Positions 8,899 to 19,005 of a stretch of 64,000 nucleotides of DNA are shown in pieces; the first letter of the stretch is position 1, and each line of letters opens with the position of its first letter. The stretch comes from Pyrodictiaceae archaeon. Lineage in GTDB: Archaea; Thermoproteota; Thermoprotei_A; Sulfolobales; WANQ01. The notes below the pieces were generated by a model, which ran no database searches, was not told the DNA's origin, and saw only the letters and a list, made by a program, of their open reading frames with translations. Location of the stretch: the NCBI GenBank assembly GCA_015521735.1, contig WANQ01000023.1, positions 63,169-127,168 on the forward strand, written 5' to 3'. The position numbers and the translations under genes are program-made.

Positions 8899-10983
8899 TT
8901 ACGCCTCCTTAACCATCTCTATTACTCCATAACTGTTTACTCTTAGAGTCCAGTTTGGTGGAACAACAATTGTAGCATCATATTCCTCTACTATACATGG
9001 CCCCTTCAATACTACTCCTGGCTTCAAGTCTTCTCTATCATATACTGGTGTTTCTATCCATTCGGTATCCTTGAAGTAAGCTAACCTTATCTTCTTAGCT
9101 CTTGGCTGTTTCATATCACTACTGTTTAAGGTTTCTATCTTTGGCTTATCTACTAAGCCTATTGCTGTAACTCTAAGGTTCACGACTACTATATCCCTAA
9201 TACCTGAATCATATCCGTAGACTTCACGGTGTCTTTTAGTGAATTCTCTTGCAATAATGCTTATTGATTCCTTAGTGAATGGTTTGGGTGCAGTCACTTG
9301 TAGTTCATAGGATTGGAACCTGTACTTTACGTCCATGTATCTTATCAACATTATCTTGTCTTCGCTTATGTTCTTAGATTTAAGGAGTCTTAGAGCTTCC
9401 TTCTCAATTACATTGTAGGCTTCTTCTACTTCGCTAGGATCTATTTCTTCGAGTGTCTTCAATACTGGCTTCTTGTACTCGTATCGGTAGTCTGCAAGTA
9501 TTAGTCCTAGTGCTGAGAATAATCCAGGTGTAGGAGGTACTATTATCCTTGATACTCCTAGTTCCTCAGCTAGTTCAGCAGCATGCATAGGTCCTGCTCC
9601 ACCATAGGCTATTAGTGTGAATTCTCTTGGATCATATCCCCTCTCAATTGTTACAATTCTCGCCGCTCTAGCCATTTCAGTATTAGCAAGTCTTATGGAG
9701 CCGTAAGCTGCTTCAACAACACTTAACCCTGTCTCGTCAGCTATTTTTTCAAATGCCTTCATTGCTAGTTTTAGTGAAAGCCTTATTCTTCCACCAGCAA
9801 GTACTTCGCCTAGTCTACCCAAGATTAAGTTTGCATCAGTTATGGTAGGCTTATCACCACCTCGACCATAGCATGCTGGTCCTGGCTCTGCTCCAGCACT
9901 AATAGGTCCTACTCTAAGATGTCCTGCTTCATCAACCCATACTATCGTTCCTCCTCCAGCTGATACCTCAGCTAAATCTATGTGTGGGTATCGTACGGGG
10001 TAGCCACTTCCTTTAACAAGTCTACCTTTATGTACTCTTCCACCAACCTCGTACTCACTTGTTACAAGGGGTTTGCCATGTATTATTGTTGATACCTTAG
10101 CTGTTGTACCACCCATGTCGAAGCTTAAAGCATAGCTTATGCCTAGGGTGGAAGCTATGTATGCTGAAGCTACTACTCCAGCAGCTGGACCAGACTCTAT
10201 AGTTGATGCTGGAATCCTTATAGCCTCCTCTACATCAGCAAATCCTCCATCAGACTTCATTACAAGTATTCTACCAGTACTACATAGCCCACGAGCCTTA
10301 ACCTCTTCAACTAAGCCTCTAAGATACCTTGATACAACTGGTACTAGGACAGCATTAACTACAGTAGTACTCGTTCTCTCATACTCACGGTATTCAGGGT
10401 CAACTCTACTACTCAATACTATTGGTACGCCTGGTAGCCTACTTGATAGGATCTTCTCTATTATTTCCTCGTGCACCGGGTTAACATAACTGTGTAGTAG
10501 TGAAACTGCTATACTCTCTACGTTCTCCTCTCTAAGCTTTTCAGCTATTTCCTCAACTTCTCTAACATCTAGCTCTTTAATAACCTTACCAGTATAATCT
10601 ATTCTCTCGCTGACAGTAAATCTTAGCCTTCTAGGGATAAGGGGTTTAGGCTTAGAAAAGAACACGTTATATAGCTCTGGTCTCCTCTGCCTACCAATTT
10701 CAATTACATCTCTAAACCCCTTAGTTGTTATTAGTGCTGTCTTAGGTATGGTTAAGCCTATTTGTCCTAGGAATAGATTTGTACCAATAGTACTAGCATG
10801 TACTATTTCATCTATAATGCACTCAGTCTGTTCTACAAGTTCAGCTAATCCTCTTAGAACACCTATGACTGGGTTACTAGGAGTACTTAGAACTTTAACT
10901 CTATAAATTCTACCAGAATACTTGTCGTAGCCAACAACATCTGTAAAGGTTCCACCAACATCTACTCCAACACGGAGAACACA
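8899..10983 (-). CDS. hyuA: hydantoinase A / oxoprolinase family protein (start codon unresolved)
   Basis: The ORF track starts at GTG 10665, but the same frame stays open up to the stop at 11026-11028. That upstream stretch encodes the family-typical N-terminus [13 protein letters not shown] (10939-10977). No in-frame ATG/GTG/TTG occurs in 10666-11025. Confidence 0.8.
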   Translation of the reverse strand, partial: CVLRVGVDVGGTFTDVVGYDKYSGRIYRVKVLSTPSNPVIGVLRGLAELVEQTECIIDEIVHASTIGTNLFLGQIGLTIPKTALITTKGFRDVIEIGRQRRPELYNVFFSKPKPLIPRRLRFTVSERIDYTGKVIKELDVREVEEIAEKLREENVESIAVSLLHSYVNPVHEEIIEKILSSRLPGVPIVLSSRVDPEYREYERTSTTVVNAVLVPVVSRYLRGLVEEVKARGLCSTGRILVMKSDGGFADVEEAIRIPASTIESGPAAGVVASAYIASTLGISYALSFDMGGTTAKVSTIIHGKPLVTSEYEVGGRVHKGRLVKGSGYPVRYPHIDLAEVSAGGGTIVWVDEAGHLRVGPISAGAEPGPACYGRGGDKPTITDANLILGRLGEVLAGGRIRLSLKLAMKAFEKIADETGLSVVEAAYGSIRLANTEMARAARIVTIERGYDPREFTLIAYGGAGPMHAAELAEELGVSRIIVPPTPGLFSALGLILADYRYEYKKPVLKTLEEIDPSEVEEAYNVIEKEALRLLKSKNISEDKIMLIRYMDVKYRFQSYELQVTAPKPFTKESISIIAREFTKRHREVYGYDSGIRDIVVVNLRVTAIGLVDKPKIETLNSSDMKQPRAKKIRLAYFKDTEWIETPVYDREDLKPGVVLKGPCIVEEYDATIVVPPNWTLRVNSYGVIEMVKEA

Positions 10984-11158
10984 TTTTTTATCTAAATTAG
11001 GGGTTTTACTATCCGATGTTAAACCTCACACCTAAACACCGAATCCCATCCTGCACCCACTAAACTATATAAGCTTTACTTCTCAACAAATTTACCGTGC
11101 AGGAATAGAACGTAGCATAAGGGCGCCCTGGCTTAAACTTAATAGCCTTTAAACACGC

Positions 11159-12706
11159 ATGCATGTAGAGTACGTGGGGTACATTAGGGTAATGAGTAGT
11201 ACTAGGATAAGAGAGCTTAACGTCGTATACAAGAATCCTAGCAAGGTTGATGTAAGAGTAGCCATAGTATTCCCTAGTACTTATCAGGCAGGTCTTAGTA
11301 GCCTTGGATTAAACCTACTATACTACATGTTAAATAGTTATGAGTACGTATATGCTGAAAGATTCACGTTTGATACAGGTATAAGAAGCATTGAAACAGC
11401 ATCTCCGTTAAAGGACTTTGACGTAATATTAGTATCACTTTCCTACGAGCTAATGTATCCCTACTTCCTTAAAATGCTACATAATGCTAGCATACCGCTC
11501 TTCTCAAAGAACCGAATGAGTAGTAAGCATCCATTAATTATTGCTGGTGGACCAGCTATTTCAGGTAATCCTGAGCCCCTCTCAGAATTCGTTGACGTAT
11601 TCGTAATAGGTGATGCTGAGCCAACAATACCCTTGCTACTAGAAAAAATACTAGAATACAGCGATGATAAGAGAAAGCTTCTGGAAAGCTTGCCTAGTAG
11701 TAGGGGGTTTTATACACCAATACATAGAGAGGAGGTAATCAAAGCACAAGTAAGTAACCTTGACAATACATTTCACCCCATAAAGCAGATTCAAAGCCTT
11801 ACAGTAGAACCAGTATACGGTAAAGGATTCATGGTGGAAGTAAGCCGTGGATGTAGCCGTAGATGTCGTTTCTGCCTTGAAGGACACGTAATGGGGCTTA
11901 GAAGAGATAGAAGCCTCAGCGTTATTAAAAAATTGATTAGTAAGGGGCTAGAGGCTAATAAAGTTAATAGAGTAATATTCTATTCTCTAAGTTTCTTCGA
12001 CCACCCAGAAGCTGATAAAATACTAGAGTACGTTGTAGATGAACTAGGAGTTGAAGCAAGTATTCCTAGCCTAAGACCTGATACCTTAAACAAGGATAGA
12101 ATAGAACTTATAGTTCGTGCTAAGCAGAAAACCCTAACAATAGCACCAGAAACACTTAGCCCACATATAGCTAGCTTCCTAGGTAAGGGGTTTACTAAGG
12201 AGTTCATAGAGGATATAGCAAAGACTGCTATAGAGAAAGGGTTGAAAATAAAAATGTACTACATCATAGGTGTGCCAGGCGAAACAATAGAAGATATCAA
12301 GAAAATACCTGAGACCGTTAAAGAGATACTACGAGACGTTAAAGTTCATAGAAGTGAAGTGATAAAACTATCAGTTAACCCACTAATACCTAAACCTCAG
12401 ACCCCCCTACAAGGAATACCTATGGAGAAACCAGAGAGTATTCAGCGGAAGCTTAAACTAATAGATAGGGAGCTACCTAAACCTAAAGCAGTACTAGACT
12501 ATTATCCACCGAAATGGGCAGTAGTACAAGCAGCATTAGCTTTAGCTGATAGGAGTATAGCTAAAACACTAGCGTTGTGGTCTTTAACTGATATAGGACT
12601 TGGTTCCTGGAGACGCGTGTTAAGAGAAACTGGCTACAAACTAGATAGTTTATTCCGATATAGAGAACCACCTTATCCTTGGAGCTTCATAAAAATTTCA
12701 TGGTAG
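11159..12706 (+). CDS. radical SAM protein (B12-binding-domain class)
   Basis: VEVSRGCSRRCRFCLEG carries the CxxxCxxC motif. The N-terminal part is a Rossmann-like B12-binding-type region (ILVSLSY...IIAGGPAISGNPEP). Confidence 0.8.
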   Translation: MHVEYVGYIRVMSSTRIRELNVVYKNPSKVDVRVAIVFPSTYQAGLSSLGLNLLYYMLNSYEYVYAERFTFDTGIRSIETASPLKDFDVILVSLSYELMYPYFLKMLHNASIPLFSKNRMSSKHPLIIAGGPAISGNPEPLSEFVDVFVIGDAEPTIPLLLEKILEYSDDKRKLLESLPSSRGFYTPIHREEVIKAQVSNLDNTFHPIKQIQSLTVEPVYGKGFMVEVSRGCSRRCRFCLEGHVMGLRRDRSLSVIKKLISKGLEANKVNRVIFYSLSFFDHPEADKILEYVVDELGVEASIPSLRPDTLNKDRIELIVRAKQKTLTIAPETLSPHIASFLGKGFTKEFIEDIAKTAIEKGLKIKMYYIIGVPGETIEDIKKIPETVKEILRDVKVHRSEVIKLSVNPLIPKPQTPLQGIPMEKPESIQRKLKLIDRELPKPKAVLDYYPPKWAVVQAALALADRSIAKTLALWSLTDIGLGSWRRVLRETGYKLDSLFRYREPPYPWSFIKISW

Positions 12707-12808
12707 GCCAAGTAAAAATTTCTAATGGTGGAAAAACTTTTATATAATATCCACGACCCAGACTATGTACCTCACAACAGCTCCTCTCATAACATCTTGG
12801 GGGGTAAA

Positions 12809-13051
12809 ATGTCGGATCCCCTTGAAATGGATCCTAAAAAGATAGTTAAGGAGCTTATGGGCAAGTATAGTGAGTATGGTTTAACTTATGAAGATCTATT
12901 AAAGAGAGTTGTAAACTTAGAAGATGATCTACCAATACCTTATGAAGAGGCCATGAACGATATAATTACGTGGAAAAAAGCATTAGAAGCTCTTGGCGAA
13001 GAATCCCCATCTGAGGCAGAGTCTTCTAATAAGGAAGAGGAGAAGGCTTAA
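12809..13051 (+). CDS. hypothetical small acidic protein
   Basis: The track ORF starts at 12725. I prefer the ATG at 12809, which is preceded by GGGGGT (SD-like) and lies downstream of TTTATATAAT (12738-12747). The C-terminus is acidic (SEAESSNKEEEKA). Confidence 0.4.
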   Translation: MSDPLEMDPKKIVKELMGKYSEYGLTYEDLLKRVVNLEDDLPIPYEEAMNDIITWKKALEALGEESPSEAESSNKEEEKA

Positions 13052-13108
13052 GAATAATTCATAATCTCAATTCTACCTCGTACCAATAATTCATATTACT
13101 GTGCTCGA

Positions 13109-14020
13109 TTATATCATTATCTTTTCCTCACTTTTCTCAAGACATGGTAAAAGCTTATTCCAATTATCTCTATAGTCTATGACCTTGCCAGCTACACTTA
13201 TACCTACGTGTTGCTTACCGCTAGTCTTCTTAACTATTATTTGCCCTCTAATAGCCTTTAGTAAGTCTACTAGCATGTCCTTTACTTTCTCGGGTTCACT
13301 ACTACACATGTATGTAAAGTGATTCAGTGTTTCTATTAATAGGCTACGGCAGTTATGGTCTATTCTACCATAGCTTGTACAAGCTATAATACAGGTATTT
13401 ACTAGGTAGTCTAATAGGTCTACAGTTATCTTAGTGTTTCTATAGGCTTCTAATATTATTCGTGCATAAGCGTAGGGAATACCGGTCTCAGCTTCAACTG
13501 GAATCATCCTGGATAATCTTCTATGTAATTCTAGGCTTAAACTAGGTGAACACATAGTTAAAGCTGATACCATTGCTATGAATTCTCCGGGATCCCTTAA
13601 ATAATGGTCGTACAGTATTCCTGCTAATGAGTCATAGAAGTAAGTGTTTTTTGCACGCTTTAACAAATCTTCTAGATCAATGCAATTCAGTGGTCCTGGC
13701 TCTGTAAGCTTCCTTTCAACTTCTATAGCCCAGGTGTAGGGGTCTAAGTATACTCTAGGTAGTAGCCTAAACTTTGAGAGCACTATCGGTACAAATACAA
13801 TTAAAGCAATAGTTATTCCTATTATAGCAGAGTATAGGTGTAGGCCTATTACTGCTAAACTTATTGCCGCAACATCTAGTCCTGCAATTAATGGAGTTAT
13901 AATATCTAATATCATTGCAGGGTATAGTAGGCTAAACCTACTTCTATTGTAGTATAAGTATATTGTTGAAGCAATAGCTAGGCTTACTCCTAGAACTCCT
14001 AGTACTGCTTCTTCACCCAA
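13109..14020 (-). CDS. hypothetical membrane protein (about 3 N-terminal TM helices plus a cytoplasmic domain)
   Basis: Hydrophobic segments occur within aa 5-95 and the remainder is soluble. No motif recognised. Confidence 0.5.
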   Translation of the reverse strand: MGEEAVLGVLGVSLAIASTIYLYYNRSRFSLLYPAMILDIITPLIAGLDVAAISLAVIGLHLYSAIIGITIALIVFVPIVLSKFRLLPRVYLDPYTWAIEVERKLTEPGPLNCIDLEDLLKRAKNTYFYDSLAGILYDHYLRDPGEFIAMVSALTMCSPSLSLELHRRLSRMIPVEAETGIPYAYARIILEAYRNTKITVDLLDYLVNTCIIACTSYGRIDHNCRSLLIETLNHFTYMCSSEPEKVKDMLVDLLKAIRGQIIVKKTSGKQHVGISVAGKVIDYRDNWNKLLPCLEKSEEKIMI

Positions 14021-14071
14021 AACTCTGTAGGCACCTCACATATTACAAGCATGGATAGAGTCTTATAGACC

Positions 14072-14497
14072 TTAATCCTCTGGTAACCTTACACCTGTAA
14101 ACCTTATCTTACCCCACTGCTTCGACGCCTCTATGAGCCATCCAGCAAGTATTCTCGCGATACGTCTCCTAGCATCTTCTTCCCAAATATCTACTCCATA
14201 AGCTTCTCTTAATGCTTCACGAGCTATACTTGGATCTAGTCGAGGAGTATAATAGTCTTCAAGTATATTTAATAGCCTATGTAGGCTATATCTTTCTCTT
14301 TCAACTATTCTTTCAAGAAACCTAAAATCCTCGCTAATAAGCATTGCTTTTTCTACAAGTTCTTCCCTACCTTTTCTTCGAGCTATTTCCCAGTAATGGA
14401 ATAGTGGTGTATAGTCTCCTACAACACTACCATCAGCTAGGAATGGTAGTCTACGTCTACCTTGCTCCTGGGACACTTTAACACCACTATTTAACAC
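14072..14497 (-). CDS. hypothetical protein
   Basis: 141-aa helical R/E-rich ORF in a co-directional string with 14540..14893 and 13109..14020. Confidence 0.45.
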   Translation of the reverse strand: MLNSGVKVSQEQGRRRLPFLADGSVVGDYTPLFHYWEIARRKGREELVEKAMLISEDFRFLERIVERERYSLHRLLNILEDYYTPRLDPSIAREALREAYGVDIWEEDARRRIARILAGWLIEASKQWGKIRFTGVRLPED

Positions 14498-14539
14498 TAC
14501 TACCCAGTCTCCCTTATTACCGTGGCTGTTCTCCCCTTG

Positions 14540-14893
14540 TTATTGTTCTCCAAGTACTTCACCTATGTACTCGTGTAGTGCTTTTAGTGTTGAGTAGAAA
14601 TTCTTTGAAATACTGCTGGCATCTCTCTTATAGTATTGTACTAGTTCTTCAACGCCTTCTACAAGGTCTTCTAAGGCTATAGTGTATGCTTCTTCTAGTT
14701 CACGTCCGCTCAGGATGTGGAATAGTCTTTGCATAGTTTCATCACTAGGATACATTAACCCATTAACGTATTTCGATATAGCTGCAGGTGATACACCGAG
14801 CTCGTCGGCTAGTTCTCTAGCACTTCTAGTCTTCAATGCAAGCTCAATTATTCTTAGCCTAGCCTCCTTACTAAGCAAGTGTACGAACTTCAA
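14540..14893 (-). CDS. helix-turn-helix transcriptional regulator (XRE-like)
   Basis: The HTH segment is SARELADELGVSPAAISKYVNG. Confidence 0.6.
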   Translation of the reverse strand: MKFVHLLSKEARLRIIELALKTRSARELADELGVSPAAISKYVNGLMYPSDETMQRLFHILSGRELEEAYTIALEDLVEGVEELVQYYKRDASSISKNFYSTLKALHEYIGEVLGEQ

Positions 14894-14984
14894 GCCTCAC
14901 TCCCTATAGAAGTATTATTTAATACCTCTATAGCGGCTAAATAACACCTAGTACTCTTAGATAGTATTAGCTAAGGGTTGATGC

Positions 14985-15869
14985 TTGTTGAAAGCCCTAG
15001 TATTCCAGTATGATGCTAGAGTAGTTGATAAACCCAAACCCCCAATACCTGTGGAGCATTTATTCATAAAAGTACATGCAGTAGCCCTAAATGGAATAGA
15101 GAACGCGGTCTACGGTGGAATGCTATGGGTTGAACCGGGTAGAGTGCTAGGGGTTGAAGGATATGGCAGAGTAGAATACCTAGGCGTTAATGCTGATAAA
15201 TCCTTTTCTGGTAAACTTGTAGCAGGATACCCTAAATCCAGTAAGGGAATACCTGGAATAGACTATGATGGATGGGCTGCTGAGTATACAAGTCAGCCAA
15301 TGCAGGGTGTAGGACTACTACCACCAAGTGTAGACGACGTTGTTGCAGCAGCTACAGCTGGTTCAGCTAGTATAGCATTATATGTTGCTGAGAAAAGCAT
15401 GGGTAAAAGCCTACTAGTCATAGGCTCAGGTTATACAGGTATCTTGGCAGCGTATTTCGCTAAACATGCAGTAAATATAGGTGTAGTAGGCAATATGGAT
15501 AAGAGTCTTAGAGGAATTGTAAGAGGCTTTGTAAACGTTGTCTACGGTTATGATAAGTTAAGGGATTTAAAGGGTGAATGGGATATAGTATTTCTCTCAA
15601 GCCTAGATGCAAGAGCAAGAATGTATATTAGAGGCATAAAGGGGTCCTCTACGGTAATAGTTCACCCATGGCTAGAGTTACTGTCTACTAGTATTAGGGG
15701 TTTAGCAAAAATAGAAGTTGCGGGATGGACTAGAATAGGAGAAGCTTATGCAAAGGCTAGAGAGGTTTACGAGGACTTGAAAAGAGAACTAGTAGTAGTA
15801 GTTGATAACTTTGAATCAGCTTTACCAGTACCAAAACCTAAAGTTGTAGTGAAACTGGTTAGCGAGTAG
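14985..15869 (+). CDS. medium-chain dehydrogenase/reductase-like protein (divergent)
   Basis: A GroES-like N-terminus (KVHAVALNG...GRVLGVEGYGRV) is followed by a Rossmann segment (LLVIGSGYTGILAAYFAK). The zinc ligands are not evident. Confidence 0.5.
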   Translation: MLKALVFQYDARVVDKPKPPIPVEHLFIKVHAVALNGIENAVYGGMLWVEPGRVLGVEGYGRVEYLGVNADKSFSGKLVAGYPKSSKGIPGIDYDGWAAEYTSQPMQGVGLLPPSVDDVVAAATAGSASIALYVAEKSMGKSLLVIGSGYTGILAAYFAKHAVNIGVVGNMDKSLRGIVRGFVNVVYGYDKLRDLKGEWDIVFLSSLDARARMYIRGIKGSSTVIVHPWLELLSTSIRGLAKIEVAGWTRIGEAYAKAREVYEDLKRELVVVVDNFESALPVPKPKVVVKLVSE

Positions 15870-15879
15870 TCTTAACGTT

Positions 15880-17097
15880 TTATTTTAGTGCAAGTTCTTC
15901 TTTTATTACTTGTCCAAGCCTACGTATACCCTCCTCTATTTTCTCTGGCGATGGATAACTGAAGTTTAGTCTCATGGTGTTTTTACCGCTTCCGTCCACG
16001 AAGAATGATTGTCCTGGTACATATATTACTCCTCTCTCAAGAGCTTTAGGTAGCATAGCCTTAGTGTCTATTCCTTCAGGCAGGTATGCGAATATGAATA
16101 GTCCTCCAGCAGGCCTAGTCCACCTAGAGTTTTCTGGGAAGTATTCTTCTAGTGCTTCAAGCATAATATTCTTCTTCATACGGTATATCTCCTTAATCCT
16201 AGGTAGGTGTCTATCAATTATATCTCTTCTCAGAGCTTCTGCAACTATGAACTGGTTAAGTGTTGGAGTATGTAGGTCCATGCTTTGTTTAGCTCTCTCA
16301 AATATACTTACCAGTTGCTGATTAGCTACTATCCATCCTATACGTAGCCCAGGTGATAGTATTTTGCTAACAGTTGATATGTAGATTACTCTACCACTAC
16401 TATCCATTGCTTTAAGGTGCTTGAAAGGTATAGGCTCGAATAAGAAGTGGCTATATGGGTCATCTTCTACTACTAGGAAATCGTATTTCTCAGCAAGTTC
16501 TAATAGATACTTCCTTCTATCAATACTCATTGTTACTCCACTAGGATTCTGAGCTGTTGGTACAGTATAGACCAGCTTCACCTTCTTACCACTAGAGTAT
16601 ATTTCCTTCAACTTATCCTCTAGTATATCTACTCTCATACCCTCATCGTCTAATGGTATTCCTATAAAGTTTGGCTCATAGAGTTTAAAGACATTTATTG
16701 CAGCAAGATAAGTGGGTAGTTCAACTACAACAATGTCTCCAGGATCAATTAGTGTACGAGCTATTATATCTAGTGCTTGCTGACTACCCGTGGTAACTAA
16801 TATGTTGTCTGGTAAAGCATTTATCATGAACTTAGCCATGAACTTGCTAAGAGCTTCACGTAAGACACGTGTACCTTGAGTAGCACTATACTGTAAAGCC
16901 ATTTCACCATACTCACGTATAACATAGCTTGCTATCTCAGCTAACTCCTCACGTGGAAAGCTATGTGGATCGGGTAACCCACCTGCAAGGCTTATAACAT
17001 CACGTGACTCAACTACTTTTAATAGCTCCCTTATTTCCGAAGCCCTCATAAGCCTTGTACGTTTAGCGTAGAAGCGAGTGAAGTCCTGCTTAGACAC
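15880..17097 (-). CDS. class I/II PLP-dependent aminotransferase
   Basis: The motif STVSKILSPGLRIGW contains the PLP lysine. LAGGLPDP and YSATQGTRVLREAL are typical of the 2-aminoadipate/aromatic aminotransferase subgroup. Confidence 0.85.
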   Translation of the reverse strand: MSKQDFTRFYAKRTRLMRASEIRELLKVVESRDVISLAGGLPDPHSFPREELAEIASYVIREYGEMALQYSATQGTRVLREALSKFMAKFMINALPDNILVTTGSQQALDIIARTLIDPGDIVVVELPTYLAAINVFKLYEPNFIGIPLDDEGMRVDILEDKLKEIYSSGKKVKLVYTVPTAQNPSGVTMSIDRRKYLLELAEKYDFLVVEDDPYSHFLFEPIPFKHLKAMDSSGRVIYISTVSKILSPGLRIGWIVANQQLVSIFERAKQSMDLHTPTLNQFIVAEALRRDIIDRHLPRIKEIYRMKKNIMLEALEEYFPENSRWTRPAGGLFIFAYLPEGIDTKAMLPKALERGVIYVPGQSFFVDGSGKNTMRLNFSYPSPEKIEEGIRRLGQVIKEELALK

Positions 17098-17222
17098 AGG
17101 TCTAACCCGATACGACTACTATAGCGTAAAAGGTATATTATGGTTTTCGCATTGTCTGTGGGATAACAAGACCGCAAATCAGAAAGGCAAGCTGTAACAA
17201 ATAATAATGGTGGTGTACTTTA

Positions 17223-17834
17223 GTGGAATATAACTGTGTACTTAAAACAATACTTGATAGAGTATCCATTAGAAAATTCAAGTATGAGTCAATACCATTA
17301 GATATAGTTCAACGTATTATTGAAGCAGGTATACGTGCTCCTACAGCTGGTGGTGGTGAGGAGTGGTTCTTTATCATAGTATTATCTGAAGCTAAGCGTA
17401 GAAGAATACATGAGTTATTAAAGAAAGCACACATATTATACGCTGAGAAATTGTTACGTAGACCATTAAGTAGGAGTAGACTTGAGAAATGGATTAAGCT
17501 TATGGAGGAAGGCCAGTATCTTGCACCAGTATACATTGCAGGATACATTGATTTAAGAAACCCCTTGTACTCTAATGAATACCGTGAACTAGAAGAACTA
17601 TGGGCTCATCAAAGTATTGCTGCAGCATTCGAGAACATGATCTTAGCGGCATGGAGTATGGGTTTAGGTTCAGTATGGTTAGGAGTACCATTACTTCTAG
17701 AAGAAGAGTTTAATAAAGTACTTGAACCTCCAAAAGGACTTAAGTTAGCTGGCATAATAGCATTAGGTTATCCGGATGAGCGCCCAAGGCCTAGGAAGAG
17801 GAAGAGTTTAGAAGAGGTCTCCAAGATAATTTAA
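17223..17834 (+). CDS. nitroreductase family protein
   Basis: RVSIRKFKYESIPLDIVQRIIEAGIRAPTAGGGEEW is the typical nitroreductase N-terminus. Confidence 0.75.
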   Translation: MEYNCVLKTILDRVSIRKFKYESIPLDIVQRIIEAGIRAPTAGGGEEWFFIIVLSEAKRRRIHELLKKAHILYAEKLLRRPLSRSRLEKWIKLMEEGQYLAPVYIAGYIDLRNPLYSNEYRELEELWAHQSIAAAFENMILAAWSMGLGSVWLGVPLLLEEEFNKVLEPPKGLKLAGIIALGYPDERPRPRKRKSLEEVSKII

Positions 17835-18744
17835 CTTCTCTATCCGGTATTAAATGTACTCCATCACATGTTTTAGCGTTAAACCATTCTTTACTTACAA
17901 GTCCTTCTCTACACGTAGCATATTCTAATCCCCTCTTCCTAGCAGCCTCTATAACTGGTTTAAGGAGCTTTTTACGTAACTGTATTGGGAGATACCAGTA
18001 TCCATGCATCCATGTTCCCTCAACTCTGTATAGTTTATGGAATTTGCTTGCTAGTTCTGGGAAGGCATTCATCATGCGTCTGAGGTTATCTGGTCTAGCC
18101 TTATACGTTGATGTTACTATGAATCTTACACCTATATTGGCTAAAGCATCTACTAGCTCATCTATCATCTTGGGATCATCGTTTAGGAAAGGTATTATTG
18201 GGTCAACTCTAACACCTACTGGTACACCATTTTCCACTAGTTTTCTGAGTGCTTTAAGTCTAGCACTAGGAGGTGGAGCATTTGGCTCTATTTTCCTAGC
18301 AAGACTATTGTCTAGTGTAGTAATTGTCATGGTTACAGCAACTCTACCCTTAGATAACAGGTCAACATCTCTTGTTACGAGTACGCCTTTAGTTACAATT
18401 AAAACCCTATAGCCACGAGGCAATAGTATCTCAAGGGTTCTCCTAGTTAACCTATATTCTTCTTCTTCTGGTGGATAAGGATCACTACTATTACTCATAC
18501 TTATGGGTACTCTAGGATCAGCTCTTCTTAAATCCATTAAAAGCCTATTCACAAAGTTTTTCTTTGGTATACTCTTGCGTACCCTTATATAACTAGTAGC
18601 ATAACAGTATAAGCATTGATGACTACACCCGGTATAGGGTTGAAGACTGTATTTGAATGGACACGTGCAAAGCTCGCTTCTCCAAGGATCAAATACTGAT
18701 AGTACTCCTCCCCTACCTATGTATGGACTCTTATACTTAGCCAC
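17791..18744 (-). CDS. radical SAM protein (SplB/'DNA repair photolyase'-like class)
   Basis: YTGCSHQCLYCYA carries the CxxxCxxC motif. Its 3' end overlaps the convergent nitroreductase gene by 44 nt. Confidence 0.75.
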   Translation of the reverse strand: MAKYKSPYIGRGGVLSVFDPWRSELCTCPFKYSLQPYTGCSHQCLYCYATSYIRVRKSIPKKNFVNRLLMDLRRADPRVPISMSNSSDPYPPEEEEYRLTRRTLEILLPRGYRVLIVTKGVLVTRDVDLLSKGRVAVTMTITTLDNSLARKIEPNAPPPSARLKALRKLVENGVPVGVRVDPIIPFLNDDPKMIDELVDALANIGVRFIVTSTYKARPDNLRRMMNAFPELASKFHKLYRVEGTWMHGYWYLPIQLRKKLLKPVIEAARKRGLEYATCREGLVSKEWFNAKTCDGVHLIPDREVKLSWRPLLNSSSS

Positions 18745-19005
18745 CTAGTTTTCACCTATCCATGCATAATAGGCTTAAGTTCATGTAGTATTGTATAGTC
18801 TATGAAGAGTTTTTAGTAGGTTTTACATTACGTTCATTATTATTTTACTATCTTAGCAAAACAAGGATATATAGGATTACCCCTTTAAGCCTTCTTTATT
18901 GAAAACTTTAATGCTGGGTTTATACTCTTTACTTCCCATATACTAAAACTGTTAAATATGCTGGGTTCTGGATTAATACTACTAGGTTACAATGGGGTAT
19001 AGGCA

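Noticed and set aside
12725-12808. Upstream 28 codons of the track ORF 12725..13051
   Set aside because: This stretch contains a TATA-like TTTATATAAT and an SD-like GGGGGT just before the ATG at 12809, so it is more likely promoter and 5' UTR than coding sequence.
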